This document shows positions 10,372 through 20,125 of a stretch of DNA of 64,000 nucleotides, piece by piece. Under the pieces are notes generated by a model that saw only the letters and a program-made list of their open reading frames with translations, made no database searches and was not told where the DNA came from. Source of the stretch: a phage. Location: sequence record PZ452578.1; one strand, 5' to 3'. A program made the translations under genes and the position numbers. The stretch's first letter is position 1. The number at the start of each line of letters is the position of its first letter.

Positions 10372-10972
10372 GGTGTCTTTTCCATCCTAATTTAGCTGCT
10401 TTTGAAACTAGTTCTTTAATTTTTCCTTTTGTCCATTCAGGACCAGGAGGTTCATGACATAACATTTGCTTAACTCCGTTATTATACCATTTTTTACCTT
10501 TATTATGTGATGAAGCTTTAAATTTATTTGACCTTCCTTTTACATAACCTTCTGGAATATACGGTAAAAAGGCAGATTTTCCTGTTAATGGGTCATGTGA
10601 ATGTATGTTTCCTTTACAATTATGAGAACCATATAATGGATGATTTTGTCCTTTAATATCTCTTCCAAATGAACCTTTTGGAGCAGCATATGACATATTA
10701 AAGAATAATGGATTTTTAACCGCATCATGCAAACGTTGATAATATAGCTCGCATTTAATAGCTTCTTCGCGCGTATCAAATTCATCTAAAATGCATGAAT
10801 CAAATAAATGTGGGTTATCTGAAAGTTCTTCATTATAAATTTTCTTATACTTTTTAGATAAAACTGATCCATGATATCCGGCTAAATGCCTATCTAAAGA
10901 TGTAGATCCAATATAAAAAGGAGGAAGTTTATCTCCACTATATATTGTTAAATAAGTTATATATTTTTTCAT
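10349..10972 (-). CDS. GIY-YIG homing endonuclease-like protein (Seg-like)
   Basis: 207 aa; N-terminal YLTIYSGDKLPPFYIGSTS...R (GIY-x9-YIG-R), C-terminal basic repeats with HPLYG/His motifs; its 3' end overlaps the gene 47 start. Confidence 0.65.
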   Translation of the reverse strand: MKKYITYLTIYSGDKLPPFYIGSTSLDRHLAGYHGSVLSKKYKKIYNEELSDNPHLFDSCILDEFDTREEAIKCELYYQRLHDAVKNPLFFNMSYAAPKGSFGRDIKGQNHPLYGSHNCKGNIHSHDPLTGKSAFLPYIPEGYVKGRSNKFKASSHNKGKKWYNNGVKQMLCHEPPGPEWTKGKIKELVSKAAKLGWKRHHENTKLG

Positions 10973-11133
10973 ATATCAAGAACCGTCATTGAAATGCAAA
11001 ATAAAATTATTGAAATAAATCCATCTGGAGTGCTAAAGAACCCAATCCAACATGCTCTAGTGAATAGATAAAATGCAAGAAAAAGTATCACATATCCAAG
11101 AAATATCATTATATCAAACTCCGTATAAAGCTA

Positions 11134-11150
11134 AAGGGCCGAAGCCCTTT
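11134..11150 (-). terminator. UUCG-tetraloop hairpin at the end of the alpha-gt gene
   Basis: AAGGGC-UUCG-GCCCUU on the minus-strand transcript. Confidence 0.45.
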
Positions 11151-12351
11151 ATTTTGTAATAATGTCAAACTGTTCTTTAAAGCAGAAGCTTGAATCTTGA
11201 TGCTGATACAAAAATTCATAAGCTTTTTCGCGTTCACGGTCATAAAGAGTTCGGTTAGATGACAGTTCTTTAATACGTTCAAATGTTGATTCCATGTCAT
11301 TTTCATCAAACCAAATGATACCGCTATCATGCGAAGTCAAAGGAGTATTATCAACACGGAATTTTAAATTTTCGCCCGTAGATTTCCAAAATACCGGAAT
11401 TGTTCCACATGCACCAAGCTCGAGATGAGTATATTCTAAAGAACGTTGTAGATATTTTTTGTCCAACTTACTCAGCTGATAACCAAAACCGGATTTACTC
11501 ATACGTTCAAGCATTTCGCTATTTACATAACGGTCAAGAATTTGCGTTGGCAAATTAGGAGCAATTTTAATTTGGTCTACTTGATGAAGACGATAATACT
11601 CGTATGGAATTCCTTTTTCTTTAATAGGAATGAACGCTGGAGAACGTTCCAGACCTTCCATAATAGTACTTAGTCCTGCAGGTTTAAGATATTTTTCATG
11701 AAAATCAAACATCTGATAAAAACCTTTCCATGTAGTCGTACGACCAATCCAACGGTTGATATTCATGTTAATTTCAGAAACATCTTTCCAGTAGGTTGAC
11801 CGAACCTTCGCAATATCCATAGGAGGCTGAAAGTTATATACGGTCGGTGCTTCTTCAATATCATCAAACAGAGAAACTGTTTCAGGATACCATTCTTTCA
11901 TCAGAACTTTATTAAAATCGCCATTATCAGAATGACTAAAAATAACATCAGCTCGACGAACAGTTTCTTCTAATCCCAAATTTCGACGCAAAGAAAGAGA
12001 AGAATGGTCATGTTGATAAACTACAACACGAACAGAAGGTTTAATATTATCAATAATTTTTTTATAGTTATTAATGGTGTCTTCTTCTACTGAAGTAGCA
12101 GGAACTGAATTGATAATTAGAATATCACAATCATTTACCAGCTTAAGTGTTTTATCGTATTCTTTTGCCAATAAAACTGGAATTGAAAATGACTTATAAT
12201 CATGCGCGCAATTACGAGTAAATGATTTATCTTTAGCATAAACCAAAATTACTTCATGACCATTTTTAATAAACCAATCACGTTGCTCGAGTGAGAATTT
12301 TGTTACACCACAACCTTCAAGACCTCGAGCCATAAAAATACATACTTTCAT
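11149..12351 (-). CDS. agt: DNA alpha-glucosyltransferase
   Basis: 400-aa ORF MKVCIFMARGLEGCGVTKF...; size and position (after 47) as in T-even phages. Confidence 0.88.
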   Translation of the reverse strand: MKVCIFMARGLEGCGVTKFSLEQRDWFIKNGHEVILVYAKDKSFTRNCAHDYKSFSIPVLLAKEYDKTLKLVNDCDILIINSVPATSVEEDTINNYKKIIDNIKPSVRVVVYQHDHSSLSLRRNLGLEETVRRADVIFSHSDNGDFNKVLMKEWYPETVSLFDDIEEAPTVYNFQPPMDIAKVRSTYWKDVSEINMNINRWIGRTTTWKGFYQMFDFHEKYLKPAGLSTIMEGLERSPAFIPIKEKGIPYEYYRLHQVDQIKIAPNLPTQILDRYVNSEMLERMSKSGFGYQLSKLDKKYLQRSLEYTHLELGACGTIPVFWKSTGENLKFRVDNTPLTSHDSGIIWFDENDMESTFERIKELSSNRTLYDREREKAYEFLYQHQDSSFCFKEQFDIITK

Positions 12352-12402
12352 TTAATATCCTCATTGTTTTGGTTTATTTTACCAAAAATTTATAAAGCAA
12401 TA

Positions 12403-12420
12403 TAGGAGCCGAAGCTCCTA
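12403..12420 (-). terminator. UUCG-tetraloop hairpin upstream of alpha-gt
   Basis: UAGGAGC-UUCG-GCUCCUA on the minus-strand transcript. Confidence 0.45.
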
Positions 12421-12591
12421 TCCGCATAATACACCGTATAGAGGCTCATTAGAGCTTCTAAATTTTATACGCTTATATGTTATAGTTCCTTCTGCTTTAG
12501 CTTTATCATGAGACTCTTTAAAGCGTCTCATCATTTCTACTTTAGAGGAACGAATTTTATTATCTACTTCAAAAGTCTGGATGTTCATCTT

Positions 12592-12798
12592 TCATAGTTG
12601 CCACCATTTTTTGACTTGATAAGAATCAACCCACACTTTCATATTAGGGTCTGCTCTTACAATAGGAGGATTAACTTCTTTAATTGAACTATCATGGTAT
12701 TCTTTTTCAGAAATTTTCACACAAAGATGACCATTCAAAGATTCAGTAAATCCTGCATTAATTTTAAGACGCTTGAATTTTACGTGTGTAAGCATCAA
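12592..12798 (-). CDS. hypothetical protein
   Basis: 68-aa ORF in operon orientation. Confidence 0.45.
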   Translation of the reverse strand: MMLTHVKFKRLKINAGFTESLNGHLCVKISEKEYHDSSIKEVNPPIVRADPNMKVWVDSYQVKKWWQL

Positions 12799-13081
12799 TC
12801 ATATCCTCAATCTGCGATCTAGTAGTCTTCCAAAGAATACTGATGAGTTCATCGTTATATGGCTGTTTTAGAATATCCCGACTTTTCTTGATAGCATATT
12901 CGTATTGAGCAAAATTATTATTTTCAGCTGCGATCTGAGCGTGCTTATAAAGACGATTCAGTTCGCGTTTGTTTTTAGACAATAACTTATTTGCTTTTCT
13001 TTCTGCTTCAAGACGGTTCTTTTCTTCAATAGAAGAAATAAGCTTTTCCACTTCATCATTAATTTCGGGTTTATCAGTCAT
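12764..13081 (-). CDS. hypothetical protein (charged, helical)
   Basis: 105-aa ORF. Confidence 0.5.
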   Translation of the reverse strand: MTDKPEINDEVEKLISSIEEKNRLEAERKANKLLSKNKRELNRLYKHAQIAAENNNFAQYEYAIKKSRDILKQPYNDELISILWKTTRSQIEDMIDAYTRKIQAS

Positions 13082-13082
13082 A

Positions 13083-13301
13083 TTATTTCTCTAATATAAA
13101 ATAAAAATCATCATCTGTTAAATGATACCGATAGTTTAATTCTACACCATTAGATTTAAAAGCGGTATCATACGGATTTTCTGGATCAATATCAATGTCA
13201 AGAGCTAAAACTTCCCTGAGATACATTTTAAGTAAATAGGGAATAGCTTCAACTTCAGGTATTTCTTCCAAGAATCCGGAGAGGTTAATCGTTAGCCTCA
13301 T
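13083..13301 (-). CDS. hypothetical protein
   Basis: 72-aa ORF immediately downstream of gene 55. Confidence 0.5.
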
Positions 13302-13842
13302 ATAAAAAATCCAAACTAGGAGAATCGTCTACAACACTTTTCTTTTCAGCCCCCGGTGTTCTATAGGTTGATTCTTCGTAATGCGTCATTTTATCGTAGA
13401 TGTCTTGAATAAAAGTTTCATCTACTAACGCAACCATATCGTCGTCACGACTGTCATAGACATTGTGAACGAAGTAACTATATTTCTTTGCAACTTCCTT
13501 ACGTTCTTTTTTAATACGTTGGACGAATGCATTAAAACAAGCTTGAGTTATATATGCATGTGGGTTTTTATATTTCGTTTCATCAAAATTGTGAAGTCCC
13601 TTAATAGAAGCTTCTATACCATCTGCAATCATTTCTTGTTTCCAGGACTGGGTGTATCCTGAAAAGTTGAAACGTTTAGATAAGCCTTCTGCAATAAGCA
13701 TAATGGCTAATCCGATAGTATCATTCTGACGAACTACTTTATTTGGGTCTTTATTATTTGCTAATTCTGTTTTCCAATCAATAATAGCTTGTAAAAGCTC
13801 TTTATTGTTTACGTAATTATATTTAGGCTTAGTTTCTGACAT
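13285..13842 (-). CDS. 55: late-transcription sigma factor gp55
   Basis: 185 aa from [23 protein letters not shown]...; size and sequence as I recall for T4 gp55. Confidence 0.93.
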
Positions 13843-13920
13843 TTTCACCTCTTAGCTCAATTCATAGATCTATTATATCATAATATTTGAAGATCTATCT
13901 TAAAGCATAGAGGATATCAG

Positions 13921-14190
13921 TTATCTAAGTAAGCAGTATGCTTGGAACACTTTCTCCATCATCTTTTTAAATTCATGAATATCTATGTAATGATCATTAA
14001 TATCAGCGCGATATAAAAAGTCTAAAAACTTTTTATGGGTATTAGAATATTTACTTCCAGTTAATTCAGAAACATGGCTTTCCCAATATCCAACACCAGT
14101 TTTATTTGGGAAAAATGAAATTTTCATGTATTGGTCAACATAGAAAATACCAAAATTTTCAATAGCAATAGAAATATTAATTAATTTCAT
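13921..14190 (-). CDS. hypothetical protein
   Basis: 89-aa ORF. Confidence 0.5.
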   Translation of the reverse strand: MKLINISIAIENFGIFYVDQYMKISFFPNKTGVGYWESHVSELTGSKYSNTHKKFLDFLYRADINDHYIDIHEFKKMMEKVFQAYCLLR

Positions 14191-14402
14191 ACATTCATCA
14201 ACTTAGCCGCTTCAAGAGCTGCATCTAGTGAATCAAATTGGTCAACATATTCAATCAATTCGCCATAATTGGCATATAACCACCATTGGCTAAATTCATA
14301 CTCAAGGATGAATCCATTTCCTTCAATTTGAGTTAAACCATTGCCGTTTGTATTTACTTCATATCCGGCAAGACGCAAATCGTTAATAAGAGCTTCGTTC
14401 AT
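14187..14402 (-). CDS. hypothetical protein (acidic)
   Basis: 71-aa ORF. Confidence 0.5.
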   Translation of the reverse strand: MNEALINDLRLAGYEVNTNGNGLTQIEGNGFILEYEFSQWWLYANYGELIEYVDQFDSLDAALEAAKLMNV

Positions 14403-14404
14403 AA

Positions 14405-14731
14405 TTATACCTTAGTAATTTTCAGGTCTGCAAATTTTTTCTTGCGTTGATTTTTCATGCGACGAATAGTTTTATCGGAAATTTCATGCTTTTGATAAGC
14501 TTTAGATTCTACACCAAAAGCTTTAACATCAAATTCTGACAAGATATATTGAACCAACAATTCACGGACAGTATTGCGTCCAATTTTCTGATCATTCTGT
14601 TTCATCGTCTGATGAAGCTCTTTTTCCCATTTATCCAAAATTTGAGGAGTTACAATATCGCCTTTTTCTAGCAAAGAAACTACTTTATCATATGCGTAAG
14701 AATTGATGGCGTTTTTAATTTGAATAGTCAT
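14405..14731 (-). CDS. hypothetical protein
   Basis: 108-aa ORF. Confidence 0.5.
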   Translation of the reverse strand: MTIQIKNAINSYAYDKVVSLLEKGDIVTPQILDKWEKELHQTMKQNDQKIGRNTVRELLVQYILSEFDVKAFGVESKAYQKHEISDKTIRRMKNQRKKKFADLKITKV

Positions 14732-14769
14732 ACATTATCCTCAATTGCGTTAAAATTTTATTATCCAAA

Positions 14770-14786
14770 AAGGGCCGAAGCCCTTA
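14770..14786 (-). terminator. UUCG-tetraloop hairpin
   Basis: AGGGC-UUCG-GCCCU on the minus-strand transcript at the end of ORF 14784..14984. Confidence 0.45.
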
Positions 14787-14984
14787 GCTAAACTTTTTGG
14801 CACCCTTCCAGCCTTCGTACATCATTGCGGCTGATATTAATATTGCTCCTGAGCAACTTGAATATTTGTGATTCCAAAACCAGTTTAGAAAAACTTCGTC
14901 ATCAATACCTTGGGCTATCATATTTTCAAAGAACTGACGACGAGCTTCGGCAATTCGCTGCGATAATTTAGATTCAGGATTCAT
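14784..14984 (-). CDS. hypothetical protein
   Basis: 66-aa ORF. Confidence 0.45.
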   Translation of the reverse strand: MNPESKLSQRIAEARRQFFENMIAQGIDDEVFLNWFWNHKYSSCSGAILISAAMMYEGWKGAKKFS

Positions 14985-15123
14985 TTAAATTTTCCAGTTA
15001 CCGTTTTCATCAATAAATTTAATCCAGTCATTTACTGACCACTTAGTTGTATCGCCTTTTGGAGTAACATTTAAAGTATATAGCCCTTGCTTAAAAAGCA
15101 TTCGTTTGATATTCATATTTTCC

Positions 15124-15417
15124 TCAGCTGTAACGATAGCACTCGTTTGATTTACGCTTAGCAACTAGTTGAGAAGTATTATAATCAAAATCATCGTCAA
15201 TGTAAACAGATTTTTTCAACTTTCTTACTTCACCACGCAGTTGACGATTCAATTCATTCTTAACCTCTGAATCAACACCTCGCATACGTCGCCATTTATC
15301 TGAACGAAAAATGTTTTCAACCATATCTTTATGACTTACACCATCAGGAGCTTTACGCTTTCCGAAATAGTCATAATCACACACTTTTAAGTCTTTACGA
15401 CGATACGTTTTACCCAT
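15124..15417 (-). CDS. hypothetical basic protein
   Basis: ORF with start set at the internal Met (MGKTYRRKD). Confidence 0.45.
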   Translation of the reverse strand: MGKTYRRKDLKVCDYDYFGKRKAPDGVSHKDMVENIFRSDKWRRMRGVDSEVKNELNRQLRGEVRKLKKSVYIDDDFDYNTSQLVAKRKSNECYRYS

Positions 15418-15592
15418 GGAGTTTAATTTCCTTAGCAACTGAACTAAATACAGCACGGTCACAAATCATGTGTTTATGTAACTTAAGTATAAGATAATAA
15501 ACATCATAACCATTTACGTAAGTAACGCGAACAGCATTACCATTAATAAAATAATACTGTCCCTTTTTAATTTCTTTATCAATCATAACCAT
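15410..15592 (-). CDS. hypothetical protein
   Basis: 60-aa ORF downstream of the early promoter at 15621-15652. Confidence 0.45.
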   Translation of the reverse strand: MVMIDKEIKKGQYYFINGNAVRVTYVNGYDVYYLILKLHKHMICDRAVFSSVAKEIKLHG

Positions 15593-15620
15593 ATCAATTC
15601 CTCAAAGGCAATTCATGTGT

Positions 15621-15652
15621 TAATAATACCACAGTTTGAGCTCGTTGTAAAC
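15621..15652 (-). promoter_or_regulatory. phage early promoter
   Basis: Minus strand: GTTTAC (-35), spacer, TGgTATTAT (-10). Confidence 0.55.
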
Positions 15653-15733
15653 AACTTTGTGAAAATTATTTTAAGGAATGATAAGAAGTGAACGATAGCT
15701 TAGAATGGTAATATACAGAATGTGAGAAAGAAA

Positions 15734-15746
15734 GGCCCAGAGGGCC
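15734..15746 (-). terminator. terminator hairpin downstream of the nrdH-like gene
   Basis: GGCCC-UCU-GGGCC followed by a U-rich tract on the minus-strand transcript. Confidence 0.5.
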
Positions 15747-15750
15747 CGTC

Positions 15751-16059
15751 TTAGTCTTCTATGATATCTCTATCATATCCAAGTGAAATGAGAGTTTCTT
15801 TGAAGTGTTTAATGTTCTTTTGTCTAGAATCATTAATGAAAATGACTGGATAACGAATGTTAAGAGATGTGAATCCAGCGCGTTTAGCAAGAGATACAAT
15901 CAGCGGACGATCATACTCAATCTTACCGTTATTTGTAAGAACTTTATAGAAAGTAAAAGGAGCATTGAGCTCCTTTAGAAGTTTTGTAACTGATTGACAT
16001 CCAGGACAACGACCAACTTCATCTGGAATTCCATAGACTTCAATCTTATTTTGTTTCAC
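15751..16059 (-). CDS. nrdH: NrdH-like glutaredoxin/thioredoxin-fold redoxin
   Basis: 102 aa; CPGC redox motif near the N-terminus; located next to nrdG/nrdD. Confidence 0.65.
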   Translation of the reverse strand: MKQNKIEVYGIPDEVGRCPGCQSVTKLLKELNAPFTFYKVLTNNGKIEYDRPLIVSLAKRAGFTSLNIRYPVIFINDSRQKNIKHFKETLISLGYDRDIIED

Positions 16060-16061
16060 AA

Positions 16062-16274
16062 CTATTCCTTACTGAGAGCAGCATTCAGCTTGTTAGTAAT
16101 TTTATCCAGACGCTCATTGAACTCGCTAGAAGATAGTCCTTTTTCTGGAGAAATCAAACTAATCACGAAAAATATAGCAATAAAAGGAATAAGGAAAATA
16201 GCTCCAACTGCCATAAACAGAAAGAATGTTACAGTTGTAAGAAAATCAGCCAAACCTTTACGAAATTTATACAT
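16062..16274 (-). CDS. small membrane protein
   Basis: 70 aa with one strongly hydrophobic segment (FFLFMAVGAIFLIPFIAIFFVISLI). Confidence 0.5.
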   Translation of the reverse strand: MYKFRKGLADFLTTVTFFLFMAVGAIFLIPFIAIFFVISLISPEKGLSSSEFNERLDKITNKLNAALSKE

Positions 16275-16389
16275 ATTTTACCCTTAATTGATTAACCAAG
16301 CATTGATAAGCACTAAACTATACTGTGAATAAAATTCTGGACCAAAATGAAAAATCATATCATTTATAGTATCCATAATGTAATTCAAT

Positions 16390-16860
16390 TTAATCATGTT
16401 TCCACACCCCATCGGTATTTGACCAAAGTCGCTGATTATCTGATCCTCGCCACAGCTTTTTGGTCGGAAGATTTTTCTCATACTTCCCATCAATAATAAC
16501 ATCAACATATTTAAGCATTTCTAGTTGTTTAATATCTTCAAACTTGTACCCTGTCCACAACCAAATGCTTTTATTTGGATAAAGATTTTTTACTGTTTGA
16601 ACAATGCAATGAACAACATCTCGGTTATCAGGATAAAGAGGGTCACCTCCGGTTATAGTTAATCCTTCTATATAATCATTATTCAAACATTCAATTAATT
16701 GTTCTAGTGTTTCACCGGTGAATGGAATACCATTTCTAGCATTCCATGTTGATTTATTATAACACCCTTCGCATTTATGCAAACAACCTGTAACGAAAAG
16801 AACGACCCTGCAACCAGGGCCATTCACAAAATCGCAAGGATAAAATCTATCATAATTCAT
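16390..16860 (-). CDS. nrdG: anaerobic ribonucleotide reductase activase NrdG (radical SAM)
   Basis: 156 aa; CxxxCxxC-type cluster region (GCLHKCEGCYN) and NrdG-like N-terminus. Confidence 0.9.
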   Translation of the reverse strand: MNYDRFYPCDFVNGPGCRVVLFVTGCLHKCEGCYNKSTWNARNGIPFTGETLEQLIECLNNDYIEGLTITGGDPLYPDNRDVVHCIVQTVKNLYPNKSIWLWTGYKFEDIKQLEMLKYVDVIIDGKYEKNLPTKKLWRGSDNQRLWSNTDGVWKHD

Positions 16861-18674
16861 TGGTGTTTAACCCTATGCATGATTTCTTTATTTTTGCCAA
16901 GATTAAATCCGCGCTCGTTCGGATTTCCCAAATAGCCGCATGTTCTTCTTATGGTGTTCATCTTTTTAGGATCAGTTTCTCCACAAATAGAACAAACAAA
17001 TCCGTTTTCAGTAGGAGTCATTTCATGGGTACTTCCGCATGTAAAACATTTATCTACTGGCATATTAACACCAAAATAATCTAAATGTTGTGCAGCATAA
17101 TCCCATACGGCCTCAAGGCCTTTTAAGTTATTTTTCATATCAGGAAGTTCAACATAAGAAATGTGACCACCTGTCGCAATGAAATGATATGGCGCTTCAC
17201 GAGAAATCTTTTCAAACGGAGTAATATTTTCTTCTACTGAAACATGGAAACTGTTAGTGTACCAACCTTTATCGGTAACATCTTTTACGCTTCCATATTT
17301 TTCTGTATCGAGTTTACAGAAGCGATAACAAAGGTTTTCAGCAGGAGTCGAATATAAACTAAAAGCAAATCCAGTTCTTTCAGTCCACTGTTTAAGATGA
17401 GCATTCATTTTAGTTAAAATTTCCTGTCCAATATCACGACCGACAAGAATATTCAATTCATGAATACCAATGTATCCTAGGGACACTGAACTTCTACCGT
17501 TTTTAAATAACTCAATTATGTCGTCATCAGGTTTAAGACGAACCCCGAATGCACCTTCTTGGTAAAGAATAGGAGCAACAGTAGCTTTAACTCCTTTTAA
17601 GGAACTAATTCTACACATCAAAGCTTCAAAACACAAATCCATACGTTCATTGAATAATTCAACAAATTTCTGTTCGTTAAATTGTGTTCCAATATAAGAA
17701 TCTAATGCAATGCGAGGAAGATTCAGTGTTACAACACCAAGATTATTACGTCCATCAAGAATTTCATTACCAGTCGAATCTTTCCATACGCTCAAGAAAC
17801 TACGGCATCCCATCGGAGAAACAGGAATAGATGAACCAGTGATAGCTTTATTGTTCTTAGCTGAAATAATATCAGGATACATCCTTTTGCTTGCACACTC
17901 TAAAGCAAGCTGCTTAATATCATAGTTCGGATCGTCTTTATAAAGATTAACACCTTCTTCAACAAACATAACAAGCTTAGGGAAAATAGGAGTTATCCCA
18001 TCACGACCAAGACCTTTAATACGATTTTTCAGAATTGCTTTCTGAATCATTCGTTCAGTCCAGTCAGTTCCCGTACCAAATGTAATTGTTACAAAAGGCG
18101 TTTGTCCGTTTGAACTAAAGAGAGTATTTACTTCATATTCATAAGCTTGAAATGCATCGTATACGTCTTTTTCTGTTTTAGATTGAGCATAATTCAACGC
18201 ATCGGCGATTTGCCATTTTTCTGCATCCTCAATATGTTTTGCATAGGTGCGTTTAACATAAGGAGAAAGTACTTTATCTACATTCGCAAAAGTCGTTCCG
18301 CCGTATTGGTGAGAAGCAACTTGCGCAGTAATTTGTGCCATAATTGCAGTAGCAACTCCAATTGATTTAGGAGTTTCAATCTGTGCATTACCTAGCTTAA
18401 ATCCGTTTTCAAGCATTCCTTTTAAATCTACTAAACAACAATTAGTAAATGGAAGAGCAGGGGAATAATCAATATCATGGAAATGAATAATTCCGCTTTC
18501 ATGCGCTTTCATAATAAAAGACGGGACCATATTTTTGGCAATGTGTTTAGACACAATACCAGCCATAAGGTCCCGTTGAGTTGGAAAAACACGAGAATCT
18601 TTATTAGCATTCTCGTTTAAAAGGTCTTTATTAGTTTTATGAATCAATCCTTCAATTTCTTTTTCAATTGTCAT
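16857..18674 (-). CDS. nrdD: anaerobic ribonucleoside-triphosphate reductase NrdD
   Basis: 605 aa, uninterrupted; C-terminal zinc ribbon (CFTCG...CSICG) and glycyl-radical motif RTCGYLG. Confidence 0.95.
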   Translation of the reverse strand: MTIEKEIEGLIHKTNKDLLNENANKDSRVFPTQRDLMAGIVSKHIAKNMVPSFIMKAHESGIIHFHDIDYSPALPFTNCCLVDLKGMLENGFKLGNAQIETPKSIGVATAIMAQITAQVASHQYGGTTFANVDKVLSPYVKRTYAKHIEDAEKWQIADALNYAQSKTEKDVYDAFQAYEYEVNTLFSSNGQTPFVTITFGTGTDWTERMIQKAILKNRIKGLGRDGITPIFPKLVMFVEEGVNLYKDDPNYDIKQLALECASKRMYPDIISAKNNKAITGSSIPVSPMGCRSFLSVWKDSTGNEILDGRNNLGVVTLNLPRIALDSYIGTQFNEQKFVELFNERMDLCFEALMCRISSLKGVKATVAPILYQEGAFGVRLKPDDDIIELFKNGRSSVSLGYIGIHELNILVGRDIGQEILTKMNAHLKQWTERTGFAFSLYSTPAENLCYRFCKLDTEKYGSVKDVTDKGWYTNSFHVSVEENITPFEKISREAPYHFIATGGHISYVELPDMKNNLKGLEAVWDYAAQHLDYFGVNMPVDKCFTCGSTHEMTPTENGFVCSICGETDPKKMNTIRRTCGYLGNPNERGFNLGKNKEIMHRVKHQ

Positions 18675-19144
18675 TTTAAACTCTTTCTAAGCTGCTTCTT
18701 AAATGAAGCTATTAACTGTGTTTTGGTGTCAGATTCATTATATTCAAATCCTCTTTGAAGCATCTCGGCCATCATTTCCTCTTTTCCTAAACGAGAAAAT
18801 TCCTTTGATTTATCTCCAACAAAGTTAGGGTGAATATTATTTTGGGTGTAATCGGATTTTAAATAAGTAAGTAAATTTTCTAACCATTCAAGATAATCAA
18901 CCCCTTGTCCCTTTAAGCCAGAACGATTAAATTTGTGCTTCATTTGACCTTCTGCGGCATTGCAGAGATTACAAAGCAATCCACGCACCTTTCCTGCTTT
19001 TGGTCCATTTAATTCATGGTCATGGTCGAGGTGATTAGCTTGAACATCAGGATTTAGTTCTCGTTGGCAAATTAAGCATTTACCGTTTTGTGCATTATAA
19101 AATTTCTGTTTTTCTTCTTTGTATAATTTGCCAGTCAATAACAT
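18671..19144 (-). CDS. 49: endonuclease VII (Holliday junction resolvase) gp49
   Basis: 157 aa; zinc-binding CLICQ...HLDHDH...CNLCN region; size as in T4 gp49. Confidence 0.9.
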   Translation of the reverse strand: MLLTGKLYKEEKQKFYNAQNGKCLICQRELNPDVQANHLDHDHELNGPKAGKVRGLLCNLCNAAEGQMKHKFNRSGLKGQGVDYLEWLENLLTYLKSDYTQNNIHPNFVGDKSKEFSRLGKEEMMAEMLQRGFEYNESDTKTQLIASFKKQLRKSLK

Positions 19145-19185
19145 AATAAACCCTTACCTTAAATAGATAAGGGTATTTATTATTT

Positions 19186-19671
19186 TCAAGTATTATAAAA
19201 CATTTGATGCAATCGCTTATATTGCTGAATCATTCGATCAGAAAAAGAAATTTGAGTTTCAAGCCATTCAATGTACTCTGCGGCAGCTTGCATCAGGTTA
19301 CCTTCATAGCCATCGTTATTTTCTTGTGCAGCTAATTTAGCTAATGCGTATGAAATACGTTCACCTTGAAAATCGGCTTTAGGCTTCTGAACAACTTGAT
19401 TAGTTCGCTCTACAACTTCTTCAATTTCGCCATTTTCTACTGATTCAGTATTCCACAAGCACCAATACGTAATTGGCTTATCGTAGATGTTAATAATCTT
19501 TCCATCAGAAAGTTCAATTTCAATAATTCCAGTATCAGGTTCTATATCATCTTCACATTCTTTTGCAAGTTCACGAACTTTAAAGACAGTACCTGCACTA
19601 AGTTCCGGCCAGTAATTACACAACCCTGTATCAGCACGATTAATTCTAAACCACTTATCTACTGTAATCAT
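19186..19671 (-). CDS. hypothetical protein, possibly Pin-like (size match only)
   Basis: 161 aa from the internal Met; position downstream of 49. Assignment is by size and position only. Confidence 0.45.
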   Translation of the reverse strand: MITVDKWFRINRADTGLCNYWPELSAGTVFKVRELAKECEDDIEPDTGIIEIELSDGKIINIYDKPITYWCLWNTESVENGEIEEVVERTNQVVQKPKADFQGERISYALAKLAAQENNDGYEGNLMQAAAEYIEWLETQISFSDRMIQQYKRLHQMFYNT

Positions 19672-19794
19672 GTCCCATCTCCATATCAATTAAGTCATTT
19701 ATCGTTGGTTCATTATATACTGTTTCTTCATCAGTATAAACCGGTTCTTCCGGCTCTGGCTCTACAGTTTCCCATCTAGCCGCCCACCAGGGTT

Positions 19795-20115
19795 TTATAG
19801 CGTAATCCATTCTCGTACTGTCTGAGTTACTACACGTTCTCGAGGTTCGACTAGTTCAACAGTCGGAACTGCATAATACCAGTCAGAATGATAAGAACCT
19901 GAACGGCATTCATTTACGGAAACATGTACATTATGTTTTGGACTAAAATAAACACACTGACGATATTGGCATTTACCATCTTGCACCCAGTCTTCTATTT
20001 CGATAGGTTTAAGATAGTCAGAAAAATCGAAATCATAGTTTTCCGAAAATGCATCATGGTCTTCGATGATTTCACTCAGAACTGCATCAACATCTAATTT
20101 ATTTTCAGTATTCAT
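19795..20115 (-). CDS. hypothetical protein
   Basis: 106-aa ORF. Confidence 0.5.
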   Translation of the reverse strand: MNTENKLDVDAVLSEIIEDHDAFSENYDFDFSDYLKPIEIEDWVQDGKCQYRQCVYFSPKHNVHVSVNECRSGSYHSDWYYAVPTVELVEPRERVVTQTVREWITL

Positions 20116-20125
20116 TTTTCACCAA

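Noticed and set aside
10585-11330. ORFs 10585..10785 and 11109..11330
   Set aside because: Alternative-frame ORFs inside the GIY-YIG gene and the 3' end of alpha-gt, overlapping the terminator hairpin.
16284-16508. ORF 16284..16508 overlapping the 3' end of nrdG
   Set aside because: Mostly out-of-frame overlap with the nrdG coding sequence; the only non-overlapping part would encode under 40 aa.
16857-18674. Group I intron / I-TevII-like element in nrdD
   Set aside because: Looked for because T4 has one; the NrdD ORF is continuous at 605 aa with no internal stop or GC-rich structured insert, so no intron is present.
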